Shown: piece by piece, positions 24,981-37,125 of the stretch
Layout of the letters: each line of letters begins with the position of its first letter
How positions within the stretch are numbered: the first letter of the stretch is position 1
DNA from: Octopus vulgaris
Lineage: Eukaryota
Reading direction: 5' to 3'
DNA length: 64,000 nucleotides
NCBI GenBank assembly: GCA_951406725.2
Contig: OX597814.1
Span: 26,412,001-26,476,000, forward strand
Program-made: the position numbers and the translations under genes
The notes under the pieces: generated by a model
Database searches by the model: none
Seen by the model: the letters and a program-made list of their open reading frames with translations, nothing else
What the model was told of the DNA's origin: nothing

Positions 24981-27900
24981 ATCATTTGTTGCCATCATCA
25001 TTGTCTTATTATCATTTAGTGACTACATTATTATGAATGTATGACAGTTAAATGTGGTCACCACTCTAACAACTTACCCTATATACAAGATGTGCTAGTA
25101 CCATTTACTCAAGAATATGAGTAACCTTTTTGAGTTCCTAATATTACAATGAATATATATTACATATATTCTATGTATAAGCCATAATGGTTAGATATAC
25201 ATTCTGGTGTTAAGCGGAACCTTTATGGATCCATTCCTAACTTAAATTCTACTTATGTCATGTAAATGCTACTTATAGAATGAAAATAATCTCACTTTTC
25301 ACCCTAATTTAATATTATGTAATGCATTAGTGGGTCAGTCTTATACACACACTGGCATATATTTAGTCATGCCTACATACATCAATGCAAATATATAAGT
25401 ATACATTTTTACATACTTAAATGCACATTAACACAATTGTATACATAGACATATAAAAATACAGCCGTAAGTCAGTGTACTTTGTGACACAGATACACAC
25501 ACCAAAAGTAGTACATGCATGGCAGACATCTCTTTCTGTTGCCCTCTCTCTTTCTCTACATGTATGTGTACTTATATATATATATATGTGTGTATTTATT
25601 AATATATATATATATATGAATGGTGCTCCAGCATGGCTGCAGTCAAAATAACTGGAACCAGTAAAAGGATAAAATAAAAGAACTACGTGTGTGTATATAT
25701 ATATAGACTTATGTTTATATATACATATATGGAGCATATGTATGTGTGTGTGTATACACACACACACACACACACACACACATATCTATGTACATATCAT
25801 CATTTAACATCCATTTTCCAAGCTGGCATGGGGTGGATGGTTTGACTGAAGACTCTAATGAGAGTCCAATATTAATGTATGTGTTTCACTCCACACGTAT
25901 TACAGGCGCTACTAATAGTTTCACTTACATGACAAGTACATTTATCAGGCACTGATTATTCTATGAAACCAAGAAGTATTTGTATATATTTGTATAGCCT
26001 TTGGATTATCTGTAGATTTATTATATATATATTCATATTTTTTATATTGACACATTTATGAAGTTGTGCCTTGCAACAACCATGCTCAAAGGGTGCTTGT
26101 TTATGTACCACCAGCACGAGGGCCAGTCAGCAGTCCTGGCAATGATGTGTATATATATATATATTTATATGTGTGTGTGTGTGTGTGTGTGTATGTATAT
26201 GTGGTGTATATGTGTGTATATATATGTGTGTGTGTATATGTATATATATATGTCTGTGTGTGTGTGTATATATATATATGTGTGTATATATATATATGTA
26301 TGTATGTATACCCATACACATTAAAACACATATACATATCACCACTATAATCAGTTTCATTCAACTATATCCCATTTCCTTCAAAGTTGGCCAATGTGTT
26401 GTATCAAAAGATTTATGGTAGTGTTTGTGGAGATAGATTAAATCTTTTAACAAATTTATTTCGTTTTCTCATTCTTCTGAGACCAATAGAGTATCTGTAA
26501 TATACTGCTTTAATTTAATCAATCATGCCCATTTCTCTATATACTGAGGTTGTGCCTTGCAACAGAAATCAACGATTGTTCATACCATATAGGTTTTACC
26601 CTTCAAAATCATATCCTCCTTATTTTATTTTAACACTGCATGCAGCACTTTAGGTAGTGTAAACTATCATTCAAAATCTAATCTCACACTAGTGAAGAAA
26701 AATCACTAGGCCTTCCCATATAGACATAAATGAGTAAACAGAGTTTTAAAAATATCTATCAAGATAAATGAATTAAAAGAATATAAGTGAATAATATTGA
26801 AATAAATAAATAAATATCTTTAAAGAATTATAAAAATTTGAAGAGAAAAACAGTTAACAGAATTAAAGGATTAAAAAATATTGCAATTTACTTGTCATCA
26901 CAAGAGTTTTGCTAGTTTAAAATTCATTGACTTTAGTTACTTCAGTGTAATCTAACAAGAGCTACAAGGAGATGAGAATGTAGAGGAGAGTTTAACACTC
27001 ATTTCTAGCAACAACATGTACATGTATTTTTGTTGTTGTCATTGTTGTTTTTGATGTTATTTCAGTTTTTGTTAATCAAAGTAAATAAGAATTGGCAGCC
27101 AATTTTAGAACTACAGTAAACTCCACTACAATAAAAACATGAACTGCAATGAGAAACAGCAGTAGCAACAACCACTCCCTTAAAATGAAAACTGACAATG
27201 ATGAGAGGAAGAAAAAAAAATGAAAACAAATATGAGCAGTAACAGTAACAACAACTTATTAAGGTTTAGTTATATCTGTTATGTTTTGTTTGATTTACCA
27301 ATGTATGTCCTGGATGTTTTCTTAGTAAGTCAATATTAACCAAAACTCAAACACACTTAACCAAGCTAGTCTCCTTTGTTACAAAACTTTTTTGACTTTA
27401 TTATCAAATTAAGAGATTCCATATAAAGTTGTCAAGATCTTTTCAACATAGTCTGCTGATCAGCTTTTTATAATGTCCCTGGCAATAAGCTTGAGTGGAA
27501 CTTAACAATAGCTTATGTTCTCAAGGGAGCAGCTATGACCTATCTGTTTCATCAGTGGGGGGACAGAAGAGGGCATACAAAGTTCATTGGCCTGCTAGAC
27601 CTTTCATTTCATTCCCCCACTTTTTTCTTATGTGTTTTTAATTGTCTTAATGGAAAACTGAGGGTGGGAGAACATTGTGCATAAAATGAAATTAACCTGC
27701 AATTGTGAATGAATGACCTTATGGAACAAACTAAATAGAATTGGCAGTAAAAAAGAATGTAGTGGACAGAAAGGAAATCTTGTGATTTATTGGTCAATAA
27801 GAACAGAATGAAATTCTGGCCTTCATTCAGCCATTCTTTTCAGTAAATGTTAATTATGGCCATGGATTTCCTTTTCAATATAGGAGAAAAGGTGTTGTGC

Positions 27901-28803
27901 CACACACATACTCATTCTTTGTTGAAAATAGTAGCAAGCATTCCATTTTGCCCTGAAATATACATTTTTTTCCTTTTTCCTCCTTTACTTTTGTTCTCCT
28001 GGTTGGAGTGAGAAGAAATGAGTACAAAGACTGTACCAAAGCTTCAGTAGTAGTAGAGGAAAATTGTCTGTCACCATAATAAGTTTGATGGATTAGAAAA
28101 TAATGATATTTTCCAAACAATAGAAAGTAGCATAACACTACTTTTACAGAATTTTAATAAAATATCAGGATATTCCATTTCGAATAGTAATTGAAAAATT
28201 ATGAAAATCAGTTGCTGCATATGTTTGTTCTCTGCCATAAGTTACTTATTTATTGTCTTTTGGTCAGTTCTTCATAAGTGAATGCAAACAAATGCTTTAG
28301 CCAGTCAAATACAGCTGTGTAACTTGCTAAACACCAAGTACAACTATTCTCTGAAGAAATCTTCTGCCAAAATGAATTCTAATTCAAATTGAGATTGTTT
28401 TAAAATCAATTTTCCAGTTCTCTTCTTTCTTTTTTTAGTGGACTAAACAAATAAATATATATTATTTATACTGTGTATATCTATTTTTTAATATTTAAAA
28501 CATATATTTATATAAAAATAATTTTAATATTTTTTTTAATCTGACAGATTTTCATAAATTCATAGATATTTTCTGGTGAATAAGAGTGATAAATTTATCT
28601 ATACATGTGTGTACATATGCACATAGAAATGTGTGTAGTCTCATTAAGTAAGTGTTTTGCACTCTGCTGGTATTGTTTGCTATTTTCTTATTCATCTTAT
28701 GCTCTCACTCTCTCTCTCTCTTTCACACACACACACTCTTATATACAGATATATACACAATATTTACATATATTATACTCTAGACCTCTCTCCCAAATAT
28801 ATA

Positions 28804-28846
<43 letters not shown>

Positions 28847-28867
28847 ACGTGCACATAAATGTGGTGT

Positions 28868-29430
28868 AGGCATGACTGTGTGGTAAGAAGTTTGCTCTTA
28901 ACTAAATCATTCCAGATTCAGTCCTACAGTGTGGCACCTTGGGCAAGTGTCTTTCACAATAGCCCCAGGCTAACCAAAGCTTTATATGTGGATTTGGTAG
29001 GCAGAAACCAAAAGAAGCCCATTGTATGTATAAGTATGTATGTATGAATGTATGTATGTATGTGTGTATATGTATGCATGTATACATGTATTTGTCTGTG
29101 TATATGTATGCATGTGTTTGTCTGAGTATGTGCATGTCCCCCATCACTGCTTGACAACCATTGTTGGTTTGATTACATTCCTGAAACTTAATGGTTCAGC
29201 AGAAGAGAACAGTAAAAGTACCAGGCTTAAAAAGAAAAATAAGTACTGGAATTGATTTGTTTGACTAAATTCTTCAAGGCAGTGCTCCAGCATGGCTGCA
29301 GTCCATTGACTGGAGCAAGTAAATGATGAACGAGATGAAGCATTGCCTTGAAAAGTTTAGTCAAACAAATCAACTCCAGTACTCATTTTTCTTTTTAAGC
29401 CTGGTACTTATTCTACTGGTCTTCTTTGTA
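28868..29430 (+). mobile_element. SINE family A (plus) followed by an inverted partial family A copy (29341-29430)
   Basis: ggcatgactgtgtggtaagaag...gtggcaccttgggcaagtg...gtgctccagcatggctgcagtc; then gccttgaa...tagtcaaacaaatcaactccagtact...aagcctggtacttattc. Confidence 0.85.
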
Positions 29431-31754
29431 CATGAATAGTTAGGCCATGAGTTCAATTCTTGGAGTGAGTGGCACTTTTGCTGAAAATGAGTACATGTAG
29501 AGAATCTTGTATTCCTAGTCATTTAAACTGGAATTCACATATATGTATGTGAATAATGGTTAGGATGAAATTGTAAATTGCAGTAAAGAAGAAATCTTCT
29601 TAATTCTCCAACCAAATAACATGGAATAACTTTAGCAAACAATTAACTTCCTACTAAAGAGTAGTGTTCAAAAATTTTTTATTTTTCTATTGAATTTGAA
29701 CTTAGCACTATGAGTAATATATCAAGTCTATAGATATGATTTTTAAAACAGATTCTTCATTACTAACAAAAGTAGACAACTATGAAGATAAACCTTACTA
29801 ATATTTTGAGAGTTTGAGGATTAAATCACAAGAAATTCTATCTAATGATAAAATTGATTTTTCGGAAATATTATTCACTTTCGTTGTGTTTTTGTGTTTT
29901 GTTTTCATTTTTATTTCTCAGAAGAGAGTTAGTTATTCACGGCAAATATGGCAGTGATATTAACTGTATAATTGAATTAAAAGTCTTCAATCCCATTGAA
30001 ATGGACTCTTAATAATCAAAGTGTATTTTAAAAACTGTACGTTTTCATGTAGTATTCTCTTTTTAGATTTTTGGTTGGTTATTTTTGCCCATTTTCATTC
30101 TTTTTACTATTTACAGAAAGTTCTAATGAATGGGCATTGATTAACGAGTTCAAATCTTTCCAAATAATGAAGCTATATTTCATTGAACTTCATCTATATT
30201 TTATGTAGATTCTTAACAATATATAAGAGCAAAGATAGACTGATGGATTTATTGAATTTATATTTTGTGCAAAGACTAAAAACGGCTGAGCCCTAAAATT
30301 ATACATAATACCCATCAATGAAATGAGAATGATAATGCTGATAACAATATTATTGTCAATAAATAACATATATGTTTCTATATACACACTTACATGCATG
30401 TATTTGCTCACATATACACAACCATATACCCACAGTTATCTGTGTGTGTGCGTGTGTCCGTGTGTGTGTGTGCACGCGCGCGCGCGCACATGCATGCATC
30501 TAATTTCTTTATTTCTGTGCTTCAGAAATACAAAGTAGACAGATAGGTAGAAAGATAGGCAGGCATATTGATAGATAGTCAGACAGATAGGCAGACACAC
30601 AGAGAAAGAGCAAAAGTCTTAACTGTTTCAAAAATAATGCCTCAATAAAGATTTATAGGATTAAGCACAAAATGACAATAATAATATTATCAACAACAGC
30701 AGCAACAACAAAATTTTGAAAATATAAAATCAATAATACTAATGATGATGATGATGATAATAATAATAATAATTCCAATAATAATAATGATAATAAACCA
30801 TCATTATCATCATGATAACAAAAGAGAAAATTGAGCAAAAGCATAAGCTAACAACTGTCTCATAGCAAATACCTAAGTATGATCCAATCCCTCTCTCTCC
30901 TTTCCTTGCTCTCTCTCTCACTCTCACTTTCTTTCTCTTCTCATTCACTCTCTTTCAATTTCATATTTCTAATAATAATCAATGCAAAACTAATTTTCTA
31001 CAATAGGTTTTCTTTTTCTTATTGTTTTCTTTGACTTTTTCTTAATTATATTTCTTCTCAATTTATTTGTCGCAATATGGCAAAATTCTTATCATTTTAA
31101 ATATAGGTGATATTCTGGTTCTTCTTGTCTGTTCACTATAGTTTATTGATCCCTATAATATCTTAATATTTACTTTAAGCTCAATATTATGTGTGTAAGT
31201 GCATGTATTCATATGCATGCACATTTATATATACATAGTTACATATGAACATACATAGATACTCACATACACACACTCACATACATGTATACCAGTATAT
31301 ATGTGCATGTGAGTGTGTATATATGTATGCGCACACATTTGTATCTTGTTTTGTGTTTTGGGGTTCTTGTTTATTTACTTTTATAGAAGGCGGGGATAAT
31401 GGTGGTGATGGTAGTAGTGACAGTATAGCAACAAATGTACAATTTGATAAACTTATCAAATAAATAGGATATATAAATATACAAATAGATACACAAAGAC
31501 ACATACATATATATCTCCATGTTTGTATGTGTGTATGTATATGTATATATATGTGCCTTGTGTGTGTGTGTATGTATGTATGTCTATGTACATATATATT
31601 TATGCATGCATACATACATGAATAAACAAGTAAAATAACTTGGTAAATGAAGTAGATAAAAGACACAAAGAAAGAAAATCATTAATGAAACTTAAATGAA
31701 ATAAATAAAACGTGAAATAGATTTACTAATATAATAATAATAATAATAATCATA

Positions 31755-31785
<31 letters not shown>

Positions 31786-32527
31786 TAGAAAACGAGGTAA
31801 AAAAAACATTAAAGGAACCTTTCTCTAACATAATGCAGCTTTTAACTGCTGTTTCCGTAGCTATGCACCATCTTCCGGCTTAAAAGACTGAGGTAAAATG
31901 ATGGAAAGGCAAAGGGGAGGGAGAGTGAAAGTGGAGGAAGAAAACAAGTGAAATGTGGGTGAAGAGGGATGAAGGAGAATAGTTGTAGTGGTAGTATTGT
32001 TAGTTGTGCAATAGTAGTAGTGGTGTTTGTACATGGGAAGAGGGTTATGAAAAATAGATGCAAAGAAGAGGAAAGAAAAGGTGCAGAGACAACTAAGTGG
32101 TGGTGTGGAGAAAGGGTTTAGGATGTTTGTGAAGGATTTTTAAGTAGAGTTGGGAGGAGTAGATTTAAAAGGTAAGAGTAGTTGCAAGAACTGTTGCTGT
32201 AACTAATAGCCTTAATGCCAGAACATAGATTATTCATAGAATGAACCAGCAAAGTGCTGCATAGCATTCGAGGTCCCAAGATAAAATCCTTACTTTTAAG
32301 TGTGTGTTTTTTTTTCCCCTCTTCTCATTTTTACTAGCTTCCTTGTTGTTATTGTTTATATTTTTTATGGCATTCATGGCTGTTGTTGTTCTAATTGTGC
32401 TCTTGGAGCAACAGTTGTTTTGTTTCTTATTTCTTCTTATTCTTCTTTTTGCTGTAGATTTCCTATTATTTTGTATTGTATGTTATACATGTTTTAGTTT
32501 TGATTGTATTTTGTAGGCAGGAGTTTA

Positions 32528-32566
<39 letters not shown>

Positions 32567-32940
32567 TTTTTCTATTATTACTTTTTCTATTATTATTTTC
32601 TGAAATGAATCAAAGTCACTTGTTGCTGCACTTTTTATTCAGTCAAGAATTCTTGTATAGTTTGTTTGTTTGATTTGCTTATGTCAATTAAGCAGCTGCA
32701 GTGCTTTATGGTGCAGTGTTGCACAGAATGCTAGTGAGCTATCAGAATGATAGAAAATGACTGCAAGCTATGACAGTTCAGAGACCTATATACTTGCATA
32801 CATAGATATATATTTACACACATACAAACACACACCTACATTCCTGCATGCATATGCACACATTCATACATGAATATATATGCAGTGAAATGTGCATATG
32901 TACATACATACATACATACATATACAACATCTGTGTGCAT

Positions 32941-33150
32941 GGAACAGGTGGTAGCTACTAAACACTGATCAACAAAAGAGATAAGGATGCTTCCAAAGCT
33001 CCACATTGTGAAGTAAAATGTCAATTGCGCCATCACAGAATGGACGATCTCATCAACTTCAGGTGTCCAAAGATGTCCATAATGTATTACTCCCTTTCTA
33101 AGATACAAGACATTGTTGCTAAAACTATTTACAGTGCTATCTCCAGGAAA
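32941..33150 (+). mobile_element. RLE (R4/Dong-like) LINE zinc-knuckle fragment
   Basis: EQVVATK...RDASKAPHCEVKCQLRHHRMDDLINFRCPKMSIMYYSLSKIQDIVAKTIY fits QEQ...KCRLC....E...HI..CP......RHD.VAK. Confidence 0.55.
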
Positions 33151-33164
33151 GGTTATCTTGATGG

Positions 33165-33700
33165 TCATCATCATCATCATTTAATGTCTGCTTTTCATGC
33201 TGGCATGGGTTGGACTGTTTGACAGGAGCTGGCTAAGCAGAAGACTGCACCATGCCTCACTGTCTATTTTGGCATGGTTTTCATGCCTGGATGCCCTTCC
33301 TAACACCAACCACTCCACAGAGTGGACAGAGTGCTTTTTACATGGCACTAGCACAGGTGAGGTTAGTTTTGGCATGGTTTATTTTACAGCTGGATGCCCT
33401 TCCAAATGTCAGCCACTTTACAGTGTGGATTGGATGTTTTTTACATGACACCAGCACTGGCAGGGTCACCAAGTGACTTGCAAGACAAAGATCTTTTGAG
33501 AAAGGATGGGACCCTGGGGGAGGAGCTCTTGTTCCTGATGAGGAAAAGTTAGAGTGTGACAGAGATACAGAAGCAGATGTCTTGTTGTAGAAGAAACACA
33601 TGGTTACTCAGAGAGAGAGAGATTGATGCCAGGGACAGGCTTGTTGCTGTAGAAGAGATACATGTTTAACCAGTCAGAGGGAGAGAGCAAGAGAAATTAG
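33165..33700 (-). mobile_element. SINE family C, long variant with a duplicated internal block
   Basis: (CAT)n ttaatgtctgcttttcatgctggcatgggttggac...ctggatgcccttcc occurs twice (~33288, ~33390). Confidence 0.8.
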
Positions 33701-33735
33701 GAATATTTGGGAAGCTTTCTATATATCTATGGCAA

Positions 33736-34165
33736 TGCAAAGTGCATTCCAGAAGATTTGAGACTTTTTCAGAAGTGTCATTTATTAATTTCAAAGAAGT
33801 ACAAAACTTTAATCTTCTTCAAAGGAGGATCCTTTGATTTCGATATACTTGTTATAGCACTCCAGCCATTTTGTAAATGCCCCATGGAAGTCCTCTAGAG
33901 TGAACATCTCTAGGACCCTTGTCATGCCTTCCATCTTCTCAGTGTCTTCAAAACAACTGCCCCAAAGGTTCTCCTTGAGGTTGGGGTAAAAAAACCAATA
34001 GTCATACAAAGCAAAGACTGGACTGTAGAAAAAGTGAGAGACAGTTTTGATGCCCATCTCTGTCAAGTGGTTGGTAACCAAAACAGAATTGTGGCAAGTA
34101 GTGTCTGGAGAAGTTATAACTGCCTCTCCTAAAAATGTCTCCCAACTTCTGGAATGCACCTCATG
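33736..34165 (-). mobile_element. Internally deleted mariner (DD34D) transposon with both TIRs
   Basis: TIRs gtgcattccagaag..tgagactttt (33742) / aaaatgtctccc..cttctggaatgcac (34159); ORF 33809..34249 contains HNS..VT..L.EMGIKTV.H..YSP..A.YD.W....LKE.L.G..FE...AFTKWLE.YNK.IE..G..FE, a mariner C-terminus. Confidence 0.85.
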
Positions 34166-34456
34166 TGTAGATGTGTGTGTGTGTGTGTGCATGCATGTGT
34201 GTGTGAATATATATATATGTATATATATCTTACATATAATAAAATGCAATCTGTACCCTGTTGGTCATGCTTGGGAGAATGAAGAGTAAAACAACAAACA
34301 GTGGGAATGAGTAACAGAGTCAGTAAAGCATGTGAATGGCCTTCAAAGATTTTGCTATGCAAGACACTGACATTTTACTCCAAATAAAACTGCAAATTTT
34401 TATTGTAAATTGTATCTACTTTATCAGTTTCACACATACACACACACATAAATATC

Positions 34457-34850
34457 TATCATCATCATCATTATCATCATCATTTAGCGTCCGTTTTCCA
34501 TGCTAGCATGGGTTGGACGGTTTAACTGGGGTCTGTGAAGCCGGAAGGCTTCATCAGGCCCAGTCAGATTTGGCAGTGTTTCTACGGCTGGATGCCCTTC
34601 CTAACGCCAACCACTCCGCGAGTGTAGTGGGTGTTTTTTACGTGCCACCTGCACAGGTGCCAGACAGAGCTGGCACAACGGACACGAACGGATGCTGCTT
34701 TTACGTGTCACCGGCACGGGGCCAGGCGGTGCTGGCAACGGACACGAACGGATGGTGCTTTTACGTGCCACCGACACGGGGCCAGACAAAGCTGGCAAAC
34801 GGCCACGAATGGACGGTGCTTTTACGTGTCACTGGCACGGGGGCCAGCCG
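34457..34850 (-). mobile_element. Young SINE family C with ~60-bp internal tandem units
   Basis: Tail near-identical to 9732-9903; units ttttacgtgccacc..cacggggccag...gctggcaacggacacgaacggatg.tgc repeated ~4 times, CpG-rich. Confidence 0.9.
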
Positions 34851-35198
34851 AGGCTTTTTGTTTTCGAAATATTATTGTTCACTTAATACATATATTGATG
34901 TTATGTGAACAAGAGTATATATATACATGAATACATATATATATATATACATACATGCATACATGTACACACTACAATTTTATTCTTTCATTTTAGTTCA
35001 TTTTCTCACTCTTTCTCATACACCCCCTTAGTTCTTTTTCCAAGTTAAGGATAACATATTTTACTAATTTCATCAGTTTTTTAAAATTAAACAAACATAA
35101 TTGCAAGCACACACACGCACATGCATATATGCATATGTATAAGTATGCACATCCACAGATGTATATAAATAGTGAACGCCAATGTATGAGTGAATACA

Positions 35199-35247
<49 letters not shown>

Positions 35248-35250
<3 letters not shown>

Positions 35251-35385
35251 GGGTGCAATGTGTAAATTGTCACCATTTTATATATTCAATTTCGTGCATG
35301 TGCATTGTTTGTCTTTGATTTTGTCAACTACAAAGTATAGTAGGGTTAGTTGGGCACCATCTGTGAGAAAAACAGCACCATTCGA
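35248..35385 (+). mobile_element. Possible Tc1/mariner terminal fragment
   Basis: Starts cagggtgcaatgtgtaaattgtcacc directly after (TA)n; no partner TIR found. Confidence 0.3.
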
Positions 35386-35751
35386 ACAGGGGAGTTATCG
35401 CCATATAAGTATGGCGATAACTATTAATATATATATATATACATACACACACACACACACACATAATTAAGATTCAGTTGAATGAGGTACTTAAATTGAG
35501 GTACCTTGCTAGTTCAGTATAGTCTGCACACTTCAATAATATTACTCGAGTATTGAATATAAAGACTCTGTGTAAGGGTGTTTGTACCTAATATTCCTGC
35601 TGTGTGTGCAGACAATGCAACCCAGCTAAGTGAAGATATCCACTCTTGATAATTCAGGCATGTACTTCTTATATATTTTTTTTTATATAAAAGCACTTTC
35701 TAAAGTATTTCCAAAGTGCAGATTCCAAGTTAGGTTAGCAGAATATAAATA

Positions 35752-35876
35752 AGTAACAAAGATATACAGGTGTTAATTAATTACAGCCATTTCATGCAGC
35801 TCCATTTTCTATCATCAATCAATTAAATAGAGTCACTTGAAACAGCTGTAATGAATTGACACCTGTACATCTTTGT

Positions 35877-35880
<4 letters not shown>
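35752..35880. repeat. 43-bp inverted repeat containing a degenerate hammerhead (PLE pLTR-like relic)
   Basis: Arms 35752-35794 and 35838-35880; plus strand GAAA-CAGCTG-TA at 35839-35850; minus strand taattgat-TGATGA...GAAA-tggctg-TA-attaatta with an 8-bp stem I. Confidence 0.6.
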
Positions 35881-35916
<36 letters not shown>

Positions 35917-35950
35917 GAATATATATACATGTGTATATATATATATACAC

Positions 35951-35994
<44 letters not shown>

Positions 35995-36026
35995 GAATAT
36001 ATATACATGTATATATATATATACAC

Positions 36027-36062
<36 letters not shown>

Positions 36063-36919
36063 GTGTATGTATATACCTATGTATATATGCCATTATTTGT
36101 GTATATGTACATACACACATTATGTGGCTGATATTTTCAATCAAGATAGTACAGCTATATCTAATTCTTCAAGTGCTTCAATTCTGTCTATGTACATTTA
36201 TTTACTAGATTGCTGACATTTAGCAATGGTTTCTCCCATTGTGTTGATGCACCATTTTCTATCATTAATAAAGCTGTTGACATTTTTGATGACATGAGCA
36301 TGTCAGCATATATATGATCTTCACATTTATGAAGAAATACTAGCACTAAAAGGTAGGCTAAACATTTGAATAGGAAATTGTTAATGTAGTTTTGTGTAAC
36401 CCCAATTACCACAAATAAATTTGTAAAGATTCCCCTATGTGGTGTTGTAGATATGGGGTTTAGTATGAATTGCATGTGTTGCAACAGGGATCATATAGAT
36501 TGAAATGTGTAACAACTACAAACTATACTTTTTTTTATTACTATTAGATAACTGAAGTTCAACCCTGGCAAAGCTGGCCTATGATCAAAGACAGTTTAAC
36601 TATAACTATCTCGTCATTTTTAAAGTTAAACTGGACTACATTAGCTCAGATATCCTTATTGAAAACAGTAGTGTATAATATGTGGGAGATTTGGCTTCCA
36701 TATTTAGCAGGTTGAGTGACCATGTAGAGATTCCTTCAGTCACTCCTGTACCTTTTGTATATTGAGGTGAAGGTGTTTTTAATTTTTGCTAGCCTTGTTT
36801 CACTGTGATGGTGGTCTGTTGATGTAGCCTGAAGAAAGCTTAGGATGATGTGAAATCAATAAGATCATGGATATAGCCAACAGGGATTTTACTCTTTCTT
36901 CTGCTCCACTACCTTTAAT

Positions 36920-37125
36920 AATAAAGGATAAAATAGTTGCAAAGTTGAAATGAAAGCAACAGAAAAGATTGGAAAGTATCAGGAATCATCCAAAGAAAAA
37001 AATACAATGACATTCGGGTGAAAGTTATCTCTGCTGTCATAGAAGCACTGGAAACAATATCAAAACAGATTTTCAAGAAACTGAGACAATGGAATTTAGA
37101 CCTGATAATAGAGTTGCAAGGTGAA
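36920..37125 (+). mobile_element. RLE LINE C-terminal fragment
   Basis: KYNDIRVKVISAVIEALETISKQIFKKL...IIELQG parallels VKVVPVVIGALGTI.K.L...L...LQK, as at 11760-11870. Confidence 0.55.

Noticed and set aside
27500-27560. Minus-strand CUGAUGA
   Set aside because: No properly placed GAAA or stem II
29890-30210. Strong-looking splice acceptors (ttctcag, tttacag)
   Set aside because: No matching donor or recognisable coding frame; such tracts are common in AT-rich DNA
36815-36880. CUGAAGA...GAAA-uc-aauaa-ga-UC
   Set aside because: Stem III is possible, but stems I and II do not pair
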